Assembly (NCBI GenBank): GCA_965246995.1
Contig: OZ252008.1
Span: 3,522,925 to 3,586,924, forward strand
DNA: 64,000 bases
Direction of reading: 5' to 3'
Source of the DNA: Vicinamibacterales bacterium
GTDB taxonomy: Bacteria; Acidobacteriota; Vicinamibacteria; Vicinamibacterales; UBA8438
The notes beneath the pieces are model-generated. The model made no database searches. It was given only the letters and a program-made list of their open reading frames with translations, and was not told the DNA's origin. A program made the position numbers and the translations under genes. Below, in pieces: positions 9,569-19,332 of this stretch (position 1 is the first letter of the stretch; each line of letters starts with the position of its first letter).

Positions 9569-11000
9569 GCCTGATCTTCGTCAGGTCCTGGCTCTCGACG
9601 GTGTACTCGGTGAACGCCTGGTACATCTCGTCCCAGCTCTGCTGACCCCAGTACACCTCAAGGTGTGGCCCCGGGTTCCAGCGGTTGTTCAGGGAGTTGT
9701 CGTACACCCCGATGCCGGTGATCTTGCTGCCAGCCGGCAGGTGAAGCGGTTCCTCGAGCTCGTAGTGGATCTGCCAGTTGAAGTCGAACTCCGGCACGTC
9801 CAGGATCGTCTGCTCTCGGCCGTCCGGGTACGTGACAATCCACTTCAGGCTCTTGCCCCGCAGGTGCATGTGCGGCGACAGGCCGTAGAGCGTGATCGGC
9901 TCGAGGATCGGCGTAATACCGGTGATCTTCCAGTCCCCCTGGTACGGCGGGATGTTCGGGATCTCGGCGCGCTGGAACTTGCCGTTCTCTCCGCGCGACG
10001 GTTTGATTTCCTCACCCTCGACAATGTAGATGTCGGTTCCGAACGGATCGGTCGGGAACGCGTTCCCCGCCTGGCGCGTCAGCACCTCGTGGGTGACCGG
10101 CTCGGTGTTCCACCAGAGGCCGAGCTTGCTCCGCTCCCGCTCCGGCTTCCCGGTCGGGTTGTAGTGCATCGTCCACCGGATCCACTTTCCGGCCGTCACG
10201 CGCTTGCCGGTGCCGGGTTGGTGCCGCTCCACGCCGCGGCCCGGGACGTACGAGAGCAGCTTGCTCGTCCCCGGCAGGTTCACCTCGTTGAATACGGCCT
10301 GGGCGACGCCGCCCGCGTCCGAGCCCTCGTCGGCCGGCGCCGCGCTCGGATCGTCGAGCAGGAGGCCGTCAGGGCCGACCATCTTTCCGGCGGGCAGGTC
10401 CACCACGTACGCGCCCGAGTGATGCACCACGGCGTAGTTGCTCGGCCGCAGCTCGAGCACCTCGGCGAAGCGGTCCTCCTCGAACGGAATCTTCGTGTAG
10501 AAGTCGATGTAGTCCTCTTCGCCCTCGGCGGCAATCTGGTACTCCACCGGCAACTCGAAGACGTAGTCCGGGTCGCCTCCCTCGTAGGTCCAGCCCTCCG
10601 GGAAGTCAGGGAGCGCCGGCAGGTCGGCGTCGTTACCCTTCGGCGCGCCGCCGTCTACCCAGGCAGCGATCGTGTCGATCTCCGACTGATCGAGCCGGCG
10701 CTCGTTGCGGAATTTCAGGCTGTGCTCCGGATCGGCCGGCCAGGGAGGCATCGTCCGGGATACCACCAGGTCCTTGATCGAACGCGCCCAGGGCCGGCTG
10801 TCGGCAAACGAGGTGAGCGACATCGGCGCGATGTTGCCCGGCCGGTGGCAGGTGACGCAGTTCCCGAACAGGATCGGCGCCACGTCCTTGGTGAAGGTGG
10901 GCACATCGCCCGGCGCCTCGCCCGCCACGGCCGGCGTGGCCAGAACGAATGCCGCCAAGCTCACCGCCGCCGCACCGATCAGCACTCGCAGCGTTCTCAT
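9543..11000 (-). CDS. Heme c-containing copper type II monooxygenase-like (PHM-like) secreted protein
   Basis: CVTCH heme motif with MPPW; VVHH, MHYN, PHMHLRGK and DEM copper ligands. Confidence 0.82.
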   Translation of the reverse strand: MRTLRVLIGAAAVSLAAFVLATPAVAGEAPGDVPTFTKDVAPILFGNCVTCHRPGNIAPMSLTSFADSRPWARSIKDLVVSRTMPPWPADPEHSLKFRNERRLDQSEIDTIAAWVDGGAPKGNDADLPALPDFPEGWTYEGGDPDYVFELPVEYQIAAEGEEDYIDFYTKIPFEEDRFAEVLELRPSNYAVVHHSGAYVVDLPAGKMVGPDGLLLDDPSAAPADEGSDAGGVAQAVFNEVNLPGTSKLLSYVPGRGVERHQPGTGKRVTAGKWIRWTMHYNPTGKPERERSKLGLWWNTEPVTHEVLTRQAGNAFPTDPFGTDIYIVEGEEIKPSRGENGKFQRAEIPNIPPYQGDWKITGITPILEPITLYGLSPHMHLRGKSLKWIVTYPDGREQTILDVPEFDFNWQIHYELEEPLHLPAGSKITGIGVYDNSLNNRWNPGPHLEVYWGQQSWDEMYQAFTEYTVESQDLTKIRRASNNDNE

Positions 11001-11002
11001 CG

Positions 11003-12643
11003 TCAGTTTCCCCCGCTTCCGGCATTCAACCGATCGAACAGGTCAAGCTTGGCCTTCCGTACTTCCCGGGTCGTTGCAATACTATCGCCGAATTCCAGCC
11101 ACTCGTCGTCAGCGCCCCGGTAACTGGGCCAGTTGGCGAGCCCGCCGCCGTTCGGATTTCCGGTCCGCGCGAAGTTCACCCAGTAGTCGGAGATAGCGTC
11201 CGAGAGTTCGTGGTCCCAGTCGCTCCAGCCTACTCCCATGACGCGCGTGTTGGCGAAGGCGTAGGCAAGGTCGCCCGAATGGTACGCGCCGTAGCCATCC
11301 GGGCCGTCCGGCATCTCGATGGCCGCAGCCTCCGGCGTGTAGAGCCGGAAGACCGGCGGCGCGTGGCGGAAGAAATAGAGGTAGGCGTCGTTCCCCGACG
11401 CCTCGATCGTACGCGCCCAGGTCCGCATCTCCCAGACGAAGCTGCGGTCGGCCTGGATCATTTGCGCGCCCCATTTGGTGGATTTCCCAATCTCCTCGCC
11501 ATAGAAGTCGCGCACCGTCGCCGCTGCCTCGCCGTACTGTTGATCGAGCAGCCCGGCCAGTTCGTCCATCGACCGCTCCGGCATCGTGGCGTAGAGGGTC
11601 GACCCCTCGTTCGCCAGCGCGCCGACGATCACCGGAACGTCGTTGTGCTCGCCCGCCGCAAAGATGGCGGCGGCGGGCCGTGGCATGAAGTGACCGTCGA
11701 CAATCGCGCCGGCGTTCAGGTCGGACTCAAGGATCGCCTCGGCGTCGAGCGCCCGGAGCGCGGCGAGCGCTTCCGCGTCGTCACCTTCCACACCCAGGGC
11801 GGACGCGGCCTCGACGGAAGCCCCGTGCGCTGCCTCGAGGTCGGCGCGGTCGCGTCCGAAGCAGCCGCCCGAATGGCCGATCGCCCGATGGAACAGCCCG
11901 CGCGCGAGCGGCGACGCCTGCAGGTAGCAGACGCTCCACGATCCGGCGGACTGGCCGAAGATGGTGACGTTCCCGGGATCGCCACCGAAGTTGGCGATAT
12001 GGTCGCGCACCCACTCGAGCGCCGCCACCTTGTCGAGCAGTCCCTGGTTGCCGGAAGCGCCGTGGCCCGATTCGGCGGTGAGCGCCGGATGTGCCAGGAA
12101 GCCGAACGGACCGAGGCGGTAGTTCATCGTGACCAGCACGACGCCCTTCTTCGCCAGGTTCGTACCGTCGAAGATCTGCGCGCTGCCCCACCCGCCGGTG
12201 TGGCCGCCGCCATGGAACCAGACCATCACCGGCCGCGCCTCGTCGGCCACCTCGGCGGCCGTCCAGATGTTGAGATAGAGGCAATCCTCGTTCCGGTCGA
12301 GATCTCCCCGCGTGTAGATGGAGTCCGCGGGCGTCAGGCGCTGCCAGCAGGCCGGGCCGAACGTCGTGGCGTCCCGGGCGCCGTCCCAGGCGGCGGGCGC
12401 GACCGGCGCCTGCCAGCGCAGATCACCCACAGGGGGCTCGGCGTAGGGAATCCCGCGGAAGACGAGGACGCCGTCGTCGCCCGCCACCCGTTCACCCTCG
12501 AGGGTGCCGAGACCGGTATCGACGCTCGGGCCGAGCGGGTCGGCCATCGACGCCGGCTCGGACGCGCTGTCGCCTGACCCGCACGCCGCGAGCAGCGCGA
12601 CAAGCGCGAGGAGCACGAACGGATGGAATGGTCTGGTCGTCAT
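11003..12643 (-). CDS. Type B carboxylesterase, lipoprotein
   Basis: LAACG lipobox; GIPYAEPP, EDCLYLNIW, GQSAG, AYHSGDL. Confidence 0.92.
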   Translation of the reverse strand: MTTRPFHPFVLLALVALLAACGSGDSASEPASMADPLGPSVDTGLGTLEGERVAGDDGVLVFRGIPYAEPPVGDLRWQAPVAPAAWDGARDATTFGPACWQRLTPADSIYTRGDLDRNEDCLYLNIWTAAEVADEARPVMVWFHGGGHTGGWGSAQIFDGTNLAKKGVVLVTMNYRLGPFGFLAHPALTAESGHGASGNQGLLDKVAALEWVRDHIANFGGDPGNVTIFGQSAGSWSVCYLQASPLARGLFHRAIGHSGGCFGRDRADLEAAHGASVEAASALGVEGDDAEALAALRALDAEAILESDLNAGAIVDGHFMPRPAAAIFAAGEHNDVPVIVGALANEGSTLYATMPERSMDELAGLLDQQYGEAAATVRDFYGEEIGKSTKWGAQMIQADRSFVWEMRTWARTIEASGNDAYLYFFRHAPPVFRLYTPEAAAIEMPDGPDGYGAYHSGDLAYAFANTRVMGVGWSDWDHELSDAISDYWVNFARTGNPNGGGLANWPSYRGADDEWLEFGDSIATTREVRKAKLDLFDRLNAGSGGN

Positions 12644-12669
12644 CAAGTCGCCTCGGTCTTTCGCAATGA

Positions 12670-13713
12670 TCACTTCGCCTGGGCGTCGAGATTGCGTGCC
12701 ACCTCCAGGATGTGGCGCGCGTCGTAGTTCCCTTCGTGGCAGGCGTACTCGTAGGTCGGCCCGGAGCGCTTCATCAGCGGGTACTCCGCGCTCCAGGGCT
12801 GCGTCCAGGTAGTCGGATCGGTGACGGTGAACTCGTACCGGATCGTCTCGTCATCGACCCGCGTGAACCGCTCCTCGACACGCAGACCGACACTTGATCC
12901 GTTGAAGTGCACCCTGTCGTTGAAGTGGACCGTCTCGACGACAAGCGTCGCCCCTTCCCAGCGTCCCCGCGAATCTCCCGCCCATTCCCGGATCGCGTCC
13001 GAAGTGTGGGGGCGACCATCGAGCGGGATGATCCGCGGCGGGTTGGCCCGCATCTCCTGTGCCACCACGACATAGTCCTCGGTCTGGAAGATCTGCATCA
13101 GGTCGTTGTACGACGCCGGCAGCATCGGCGGCCCCTCGTGGCGCCAGACCAGGCAGCGCTCCTGCAGGGTGCGAGTCGCGTGGCTGTCGAACGTTTGCAC
13201 CGGATTGTTGTAGACAAGCCAGCGGCTCTCCGCCTTGCGGATCGCCTCGCGCTCCTGCGCCGACGGAACGAGCGGCGGGATCCGGCCATTCGGCGGATCG
13301 GTGATCAGTGACGTCCGGCGGGTGGTCAACCTGCGCGGATCGTCCTCCCGCAACCAAATCGAGTTGTCGTAGTGGATGTTCTCCTGCGTCTGGCGCGTCG
13401 CCGCGAGCCGCTCCTCTTCGGTCTCGGCCGCCAGGACATTCCGTGCGCGGAGCGGATCGACACCGTCCGCCGTCAGAAGCTCGTTCAGTTCCGCCAGCTC
13501 TTCCTCGGCAAGGAACGCCCGATCCCCCAGTTGCTCGGGCCGCTCGAGCGGCGTATAGGTGGAACTGGTCCAGTAGCCCTGCAGGTCGGGATGGCCCCAA
13601 GGCGTACGGTTCACGGCGGCGGCGCTGGACTGGGCGATGGCTGGCGCGGACACCAGCAACGCCGCTGCGAAGACCACTGTCGCCAGACCGAACAGTACGG
13701 GTCGCCGGCTCAT
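12670..13713 (-). CDS. Uncharacterised secreted protein (PDLxGxW...EYACHEGN family)
   Basis: Signal peptide; PDLQGYW, GRWEGATLVVET, ERFTR, EYACHEGN shared with neighbouring paralogs. Confidence 0.8.
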   Translation of the reverse strand: MSRRPVLFGLATVVFAAALLVSAPAIAQSSAAAVNRTPWGHPDLQGYWTSSTYTPLERPEQLGDRAFLAEEELAELNELLTADGVDPLRARNVLAAETEEERLAATRQTQENIHYDNSIWLREDDPRRLTTRRTSLITDPPNGRIPPLVPSAQEREAIRKAESRWLVYNNPVQTFDSHATRTLQERCLVWRHEGPPMLPASYNDLMQIFQTEDYVVVAQEMRANPPRIIPLDGRPHTSDAIREWAGDSRGRWEGATLVVETVHFNDRVHFNGSSVGLRVEERFTRVDDETIRYEFTVTDPTTWTQPWSAEYPLMKRSGPTYEYACHEGNYDARHILEVARNLDAQAK

Positions 13714-13829
13714 CACACCCCTCCCCATCTATCCGGATCGCACCATGATGGACTGACCGGGACCAAGTTGCAACATCTGTCCGAGACACGTTGAGCTTGC
13801 ACCAACGACGCTGCTATCATATCGCCGAC

Positions 13830-14633
13830 ATGCGCTTAACCATGATCTGTGCCGCCGTCGTGACGGCGCTCCTGCTCGCCGCGCCCGGATTGACGTTTGC
13901 CCAGGGAGACGTCCCGCGTAACGCCTGGGATGACCGACCCAACCTGAACGGGATCTGGCAGTCGATGAGCACCGCCAACTGGAACCTCGAGGACCATATC
14001 GCCGCACCCGGCCATCCCGACCTGGGCGCCATCGGCGCGATGCCCCCGGGACTAGGAGTAGTCGTCGGGGGCGAGATTCCGTACCAGCCGGACGCGCGCC
14101 AGCAGCGGGATGAGAACTTCGCCAACCGGATGAGCGAAGACCCCGAGGCGAAGTGCTTCCTACCGGGCGTGCCGCGCGCGACTTACCTCCCTTACCCCTT
14201 CCAGATCATGCAGGGCGATCGGAAGATCATGATGATCTACGGCTTCGCCGAGGCGAGCCGGACGATCCACATGGACAAGGAGAATCCCGAGGCGCCGCCG
14301 CTGGACAGCTGGATGGGCCGCTCCCACGGCCGTTGGGAAGGTGACACGCTCGTGGTCGACGCGACCGGCTTCACCGGCGAACAGTGGTTCGACCGCGCCG
14401 GCAACTTCGCCAGCTCGGGGCTCAGCGTGACCGAGCGCTACACTCCCATGGGACCCAACGTGATTCGCTACGAAGCGCGGATCGAGGATCCGAACACCTT
14501 CACCCGGCCCTGGGAGATCAGTCTTCTGCTCTACCGCCGGCTGGAGGAGAACGTGCGAGTGCTGGAGTTCAAGTGCGTCGAGTTCTCGGAGGACTTGCTG
14601 TACGGACATCTGCGGCGGGAGCCAACCCGATAG
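13830..14633 (+). CDS. Uncharacterised secreted protein, same family
   Basis: PNLNGIW, CFLPGVPR, GRWEGDTLVVD, IEDPNTFTRPW, EFKCVE. Confidence 0.8.
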   Translation: MRLTMICAAVVTALLLAAPGLTFAQGDVPRNAWDDRPNLNGIWQSMSTANWNLEDHIAAPGHPDLGAIGAMPPGLGVVVGGEIPYQPDARQQRDENFANRMSEDPEAKCFLPGVPRATYLPYPFQIMQGDRKIMMIYGFAEASRTIHMDKENPEAPPLDSWMGRSHGRWEGDTLVVDATGFTGEQWFDRAGNFASSGLSVTERYTPMGPNVIRYEARIEDPNTFTRPWEISLLLYRRLEENVRVLEFKCVEFSEDLLYGHLRREPTR

Positions 14634-14667
14634 GGCCGGCGCCCCATCGACGCGGAGGAGACAGACT

Positions 14668-16425
14668 ATGACCATGACACGCATTGCACTGACGTTTATT
14701 GGAGTCGCCGTGCTCGTTGCCGGCGCACCGGACGTGGTCCGGGCGGCCGAGGCCGACTACCACCACGTGCACATCACGTCCTCCGCACCGCCAGAGTCGG
14801 TCCGGTGGTACACGCGGCACCTCGACTGCGAGGCGATCTCCGACCGCGACGACACCGCGAACTGCCACGGCGTCGAAGTGACCTTCGTCGTGCAGCCGAC
14901 GATGGGAAGCACACAGGGAACCGGCATCAATCACATCGGCTTCTCGTTCCCCGATGTCGCCGCGAAGATGGCGGAGTTCGAGTCGGTCGGCGTCCGTGGA
15001 TCGGGCGTTCGGCTGCAGCGCTTCCCGGACGGATCGACGCTGCGCGAGGCGCCGGGCGGCTCTCTGCACGGCTACATCTTCGACCCGTGGGGAACACGGA
15101 TCGAGCTGGTGCAGGATCAGGAGTACCTCGGCTTCCACCACATCCACCTGAGCGCGACCGACCCCGAGGCGACGCTTGCCTGGTACCAGCAGATGTTCGA
15201 TGGCGAGCGGGCCACGCACGCGGGCGGAGAGGAAGGCCTGCTCTTCGAGGACACCTGGGTTTTCGCGTCCGCCCACTCCGAGGGGACGCCAGCCACCACC
15301 CATGGGCGCGCCATTGACCATATCGCGTTCATCGTCGACGACCTGGATGCGGCGGCGGCCGAGATGCGGCGGGCGGGCGTCGATATCGTTGAGGATCCGC
15401 GGGTACCCGAGGGGGGCCGCACGTCCGCTCGGCGCGCCGTCGTCAACGGCCCGGACAATGTCCGTCTGGCGGTGATCGAGAGCGGATTTGCCGGCGTCGA
15501 CTCCACGGGTGCGGTGCCGGTCTTTGCCGATGTGACGGAGCCTTACGACACCCCGGAGACCCCGTGGGGCGCACCCGACCTGCAGGGAGTCTGGACCGGC
15601 AACTCGTCGCACGGCATCCCGCTCGAGCGTCCGGAAGACCTCGAGGACATCGAGTCGCTTACTCCTGGGGAAGCGGCGTCGCGCCGCGAGCGCGGAACGC
15701 TCGGCAGCATCTGGGGCTACGAACGGGAGTGGCGCGATACAACGCTCAGCTATGACAAGAACGCACCGTCGACGCAGGTGGCGATGATCATCGACCCGCC
15801 CGACGGCCGCATTCCGGCGATGACGCCGGTAGGCGAGCAGCGCGCCGCCGACGCCGCGCGCGAGCGCGGCCGCTACACGAACAGTAATATTGCGGGCCCG
15901 GAAGAGGCTTCGGCTTACGTCCGCTGCATCACGCGGGGGCTGCCGGCACTGATGTTCCCCGGGGTCTACAACAACGGCCTGCAGATCTACCAGGGCCCCG
16001 GCTTCGTCGCGATCCAGAAGGAGATGATCCACGAAACACGGGTGATCCCGATGAACGATCGGCCGCAGGACGGACCGATGCTCGCCTCGTGGCTTGGCAG
16101 CACGCAGGGCCGCTGGGAAGGCGAGACGCTGGTCGTCGAGACGACGAACTTCAACGCTCGTGCTTCGTTCCGCGGTTCCAGCCCCGACATGGTGCTGACC
16201 GAGCGGCTCACGCGGATTAGCCCGACGCGGCTGGAGTATCAGTTCACGGTGAACGATCCGGACGTCTGGACCGCGCCCTTTACCGGCCGCTTCACGTTCG
16301 ACCTCGACAACGAGCAGTACGACCTGGTCGAGTACGCGTGCCACGAAGGCAACTACGGCATGTTCAACATCCTGAGCGGCGCGCGGGCGCGTGACCGTGA
16401 GGCAGCGGAAGAGGGCGGCCGTTAG
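14668..16425 (+). CDS. VOC/glyoxalase domains fused to an EYACHEGN-family domain, secreted
   Basis: YHHVHI, INHIGF, DPWGTRIEL, FHHIHL, IDHIAF VOC motifs; C-terminal PDLQGVW...EYACHEGN. Confidence 0.8.
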   Translation: MTMTRIALTFIGVAVLVAGAPDVVRAAEADYHHVHITSSAPPESVRWYTRHLDCEAISDRDDTANCHGVEVTFVVQPTMGSTQGTGINHIGFSFPDVAAKMAEFESVGVRGSGVRLQRFPDGSTLREAPGGSLHGYIFDPWGTRIELVQDQEYLGFHHIHLSATDPEATLAWYQQMFDGERATHAGGEEGLLFEDTWVFASAHSEGTPATTHGRAIDHIAFIVDDLDAAAAEMRRAGVDIVEDPRVPEGGRTSARRAVVNGPDNVRLAVIESGFAGVDSTGAVPVFADVTEPYDTPETPWGAPDLQGVWTGNSSHGIPLERPEDLEDIESLTPGEAASRRERGTLGSIWGYEREWRDTTLSYDKNAPSTQVAMIIDPPDGRIPAMTPVGEQRAADAARERGRYTNSNIAGPEEASAYVRCITRGLPALMFPGVYNNGLQIYQGPGFVAIQKEMIHETRVIPMNDRPQDGPMLASWLGSTQGRWEGETLVVETTNFNARASFRGSSPDMVLTERLTRISPTRLEYQFTVNDPDVWTAPFTGRFTFDLDNEQYDLVEYACHEGNYGMFNILSGARARDREAAEEGGR

Positions 16426-16473
16426 GCCGTCGCCGACACGCACCCGCAACAGCACGACAGCGAGGTATCACCT

Positions 16474-16905
16474 ATGCGGAACAGATTGGCACTGACTTTG
16501 GCGGGCATCGCGCTCGCGCTTCTCGTGGCGGGCAGTTCGGCGCTCGCGCATCACGCATTCTCGGCCGAGTTCGACGCGACGAAGCCGGTCGCGCTGCGGG
16601 GCAAGATCACCAAGATGGAGTGGATCAACCCGCACGCCTGGATGCACATCGACGTGACCACGGAAGACGGCACCGTCGAGAGCTGGATGATCGAAGCGGG
16701 CCCGCCGGGAGCGCTTGTCCGCCGCGGCTGGCGGAAGGACTCGGTCACTCCGGGTATCGAGGTGCTGGTCGAGGGCTACCAGGCGATTGACGGCGCACTG
16801 CGTGCCAACGGCCGCGACGTGACGTTCCCGGACGGGACGCGGCTCTTCGCCGGTTCGTCCGGCACCGGTGCGCCGAGAGACGGGCGCGACCCGACGGAGC
16901 GCTAA
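16474..16905 (+). CDS. DUF6152-family secreted protein
   Basis: Signal peptide ending ALA/HHAFSAEFD; EWINPHAW. Confidence 0.8.
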   Translation: MRNRLALTLAGIALALLVAGSSALAHHAFSAEFDATKPVALRGKITKMEWINPHAWMHIDVTTEDGTVESWMIEAGPPGALVRRGWRKDSVTPGIEVLVEGYQAIDGALRANGRDVTFPDGTRLFAGSSGTGAPRDGRDPTER

Positions 16906-16953
16906 CAGTCCGATCGGCTCGATGAGGGGTGCGAAGGCAGCCGAGTTGGCGTT

Positions 16954-17988
16954 CTAGCGCTGCTCGGCCAGCCGAGCCGTCCTGATCATCCCGACGATCG
17001 ACACGTTCCCCTCGTGGCAGGCGAACTCGAACAACGCCTCGTCAGCGCCGCGGTTGCGCAGCGGTAGTTCCGCCGTCCAGGACGTCTCCCACGTCGCCGG
17101 ATCGGTCAGCGTTACGCGGTACATCAGTGCGTCTTCCGCCACGCGGGTGAACCGCTCCACCAGGTGCAGCCCCTCGGCCGAGCCCTGATACTCACTCTTC
17201 GGCGAGAAGTTCCTCGTTTCGACCACCAGCGTGTCGCCCTCCCAGTGGCCGCGCGAGTCGCCGTTCCATTGACGCACCGCCTCCGGCAGGTGCGGCGGTC
17301 CGTCGATCGGAATGATCCGCGCGTCGTGGAACGCCTCCATCAGGAAGACGACATGGTCGGGCGTCTGGAAGATCTGGTAGTAGCTGTATGGCCCCGCGCC
17401 GAAATTGCCGCCGAGGCGTGGAACTCCGGTCGTGATGCAGCGATGGTTGTTGCTCAGGTCTTCCGGACCTAGCTTCTCGTTCCAGCCGCGATCCGACTCG
17501 GCAAGCCGTGCCGCACCGTCCGGCCGCCGCCGCGGTATCCGCCCGTTCGGGGGATCGACGACCAGCGAGGTCCGGTCGTCGAAGACGAAGCCGATCATCC
17601 CGATCGAACTGCTGGTAGACCACGCCTCGTAAGTGTCGACATCCTGGACGGCAGCGCGGAACGCTCCGTCGGCGGTGGCGAACGCGCTCCTTCCGTTCTC
17701 GAAGATCCGGTCGGCCCGCGTCTGCAGCGCCGCCACTTCCTCTGGCGCCAGCCGATCGCGGTCCGCCACGTATTCCGGCCGTTCGAGCGGCGTGCCACTG
17801 TCACTCACCCAGACACCCGACAGATCCGGCGTGCCATCCGGCAGGCGCTGTACTTCCCAGGCGCCGCCCGCCGCCTGTTGAGCGGCGGCGGGTGATGCTG
17901 CCAGTCCCGTCGCCATCGCCCCAAGGGCCAACATCACGAGCGCCGTCAGCACGGCGTCGACGCACCGATCCGGCATCCGTTGCTGCAT
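16954..17988 (-). CDS. Uncharacterised secreted protein (EFACHEGN family)
   Basis: AAGGAGG RBS; PDLSGVW, CITTGVPR, GHWEGDTLVVET, EFACHEGN. Confidence 0.8.
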   Translation of the reverse strand: MQQRMPDRCVDAVLTALVMLALGAMATGLAASPAAAQQAAGGAWEVQRLPDGTPDLSGVWVSDSGTPLERPEYVADRDRLAPEEVAALQTRADRIFENGRSAFATADGAFRAAVQDVDTYEAWSTSSSIGMIGFVFDDRTSLVVDPPNGRIPRRRPDGAARLAESDRGWNEKLGPEDLSNNHRCITTGVPRLGGNFGAGPYSYYQIFQTPDHVVFLMEAFHDARIIPIDGPPHLPEAVRQWNGDSRGHWEGDTLVVETRNFSPKSEYQGSAEGLHLVERFTRVAEDALMYRVTLTDPATWETSWTAELPLRNRGADEALFEFACHEGNVSIVGMIRTARLAEQR

Positions 17989-18006
17989 GGTGGCTGCCTC
18001 CTTGCG

Positions 18007-18047
18007 TCCCGCTGCCGCCAGCCTACTTCCCGCTGCCGCCATCCTAC
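18007..18047. repeat. Tandem 20-bp direct repeat (21-bp period) in a divergent intergenic region
   Basis: TCCCGCTGCCGCCAGCCTAC / TCCCGCTGCCGCCATCCTAC, 19 of 20 identical. Confidence 0.8.
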
Positions 18048-18118
18048 CGCTTCCGGGGTGATCTGTGATACGAATACGCTGGACCGACGGACGATCATCA
18101 GTTTGGGGGGGACGGACA

Positions 18119-19285
18119 ATGGCGAAGCAGACAACCCGGCGTGAAATTCTGAAGGGAAGCCTGGCAATGGCGGGGCTCGGGATGATCGGACTGCCCGAAT
18201 GGGCGATGCCGGCCCTGGCGCAGGGCGAGACGCTCATGGAGTTCACCGACCTGCCGGAGGATGTGCAGTGGATCCGCGGGCCTGACCGCCGGATCATCGA
18301 CGTCCGTCAGATCGACGGCGAGTTCACGCCGATCAATCAGTTCTTCACCACACAGCACTACGGCCACCCCGAGGTCGACACGGCGACGCACCGTCTTCGT
18401 GTCTCCGGTCTCGTGGATACACCGCTGGAACTCTCGCTGGCCGACCTCCGCGCGATGCCGAGCCGCGATCTGATCTTCGGTTTCGAGTGTTCCGGCAACC
18501 GTGGCCCCCTGAACGGCCTGTCGAGCAACGGCCGCTGGACCGGCGTTCCGCTGCGCGCGGTGCTCGAGCGGGCCGGTGTCAAGGACGACGGGCGCGAGTT
18601 CGTCTTCTTCGGCACCGACCGGGGCGACGAGGAAGTCCTCTGGCGCGGCCGGACGTTCGATGTCGAACAGCAGTATGGACGCAGCCTCGAGCGCGATCAG
18701 GCGCTGAGCGACGAAGCGCTCCTCGCGTATGACCTGAACGGCGAGCCGCTGACGGCACACCAGGGTCGCCCGCTACGCCTGCTGGTACCCGGCTGGTATG
18801 GCGCACCGAACGTCAAGTGGCTCGCCGAGATCCACGTGCAGAAGGATCAGTACCTCGGCCGTTGGCAGGCGCGGTCCTACCGCACGCTCAAGGGCGAGAC
18901 GATCAACGGCGAGATGAAGTGGATCGAGAGCGCCATCTCGACGATGCGCCTGAAGTCCTACGTCGCGCGAGTCACCGCAACCGGCGGTGGGCACAACGTC
19001 TTCGGCGTCGTGCTGCACGACGGGACGCCGATCCACTCGGTCGAGGTGCAGATCGACAACGGCCCGTGGCAGCACGCGACGCTCGACCCCGAGATGATGC
19101 GCGAGAAATACGCGTGGAAGTTCTTCAGCTACACGTGGGAAGGCGCGACGTCGGGCGAGCACACCGTCACGTCGCGCGTCACCGACGTCAACGGCAACGT
19201 GCAGCCGACCGCGGAGGACCTCGAGAACAAGATGACGTTCCTCGAGTCGAACGAACAGTTCCCGCGGAAGGTGATGATCGCGTAG
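18119..19285 (+). CDS. Sulfite oxidase-family molybdopterin oxidoreductase (Tat)
   Basis: TRREILK; FECSGNR Mo-Cys; WTGVPL, HQGRPLRLLVPGWYG, VKWL. Confidence 0.9.
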   Translation: MAKQTTRREILKGSLAMAGLGMIGLPEWAMPALAQGETLMEFTDLPEDVQWIRGPDRRIIDVRQIDGEFTPINQFFTTQHYGHPEVDTATHRLRVSGLVDTPLELSLADLRAMPSRDLIFGFECSGNRGPLNGLSSNGRWTGVPLRAVLERAGVKDDGREFVFFGTDRGDEEVLWRGRTFDVEQQYGRSLERDQALSDEALLAYDLNGEPLTAHQGRPLRLLVPGWYGAPNVKWLAEIHVQKDQYLGRWQARSYRTLKGETINGEMKWIESAISTMRLKSYVARVTATGGGHNVFGVVLHDGTPIHSVEVQIDNGPWQHATLDPEMMREKYAWKFFSYTWEGATSGEHTVTSRVTDVNGNVQPTAEDLENKMTFLESNEQFPRKVMIA

Positions 19286-19332
19286 CTGGGTGCGGATCGC
19301 GGTTCTCGAGACCGGCAACCCCGCGTCTCGAG

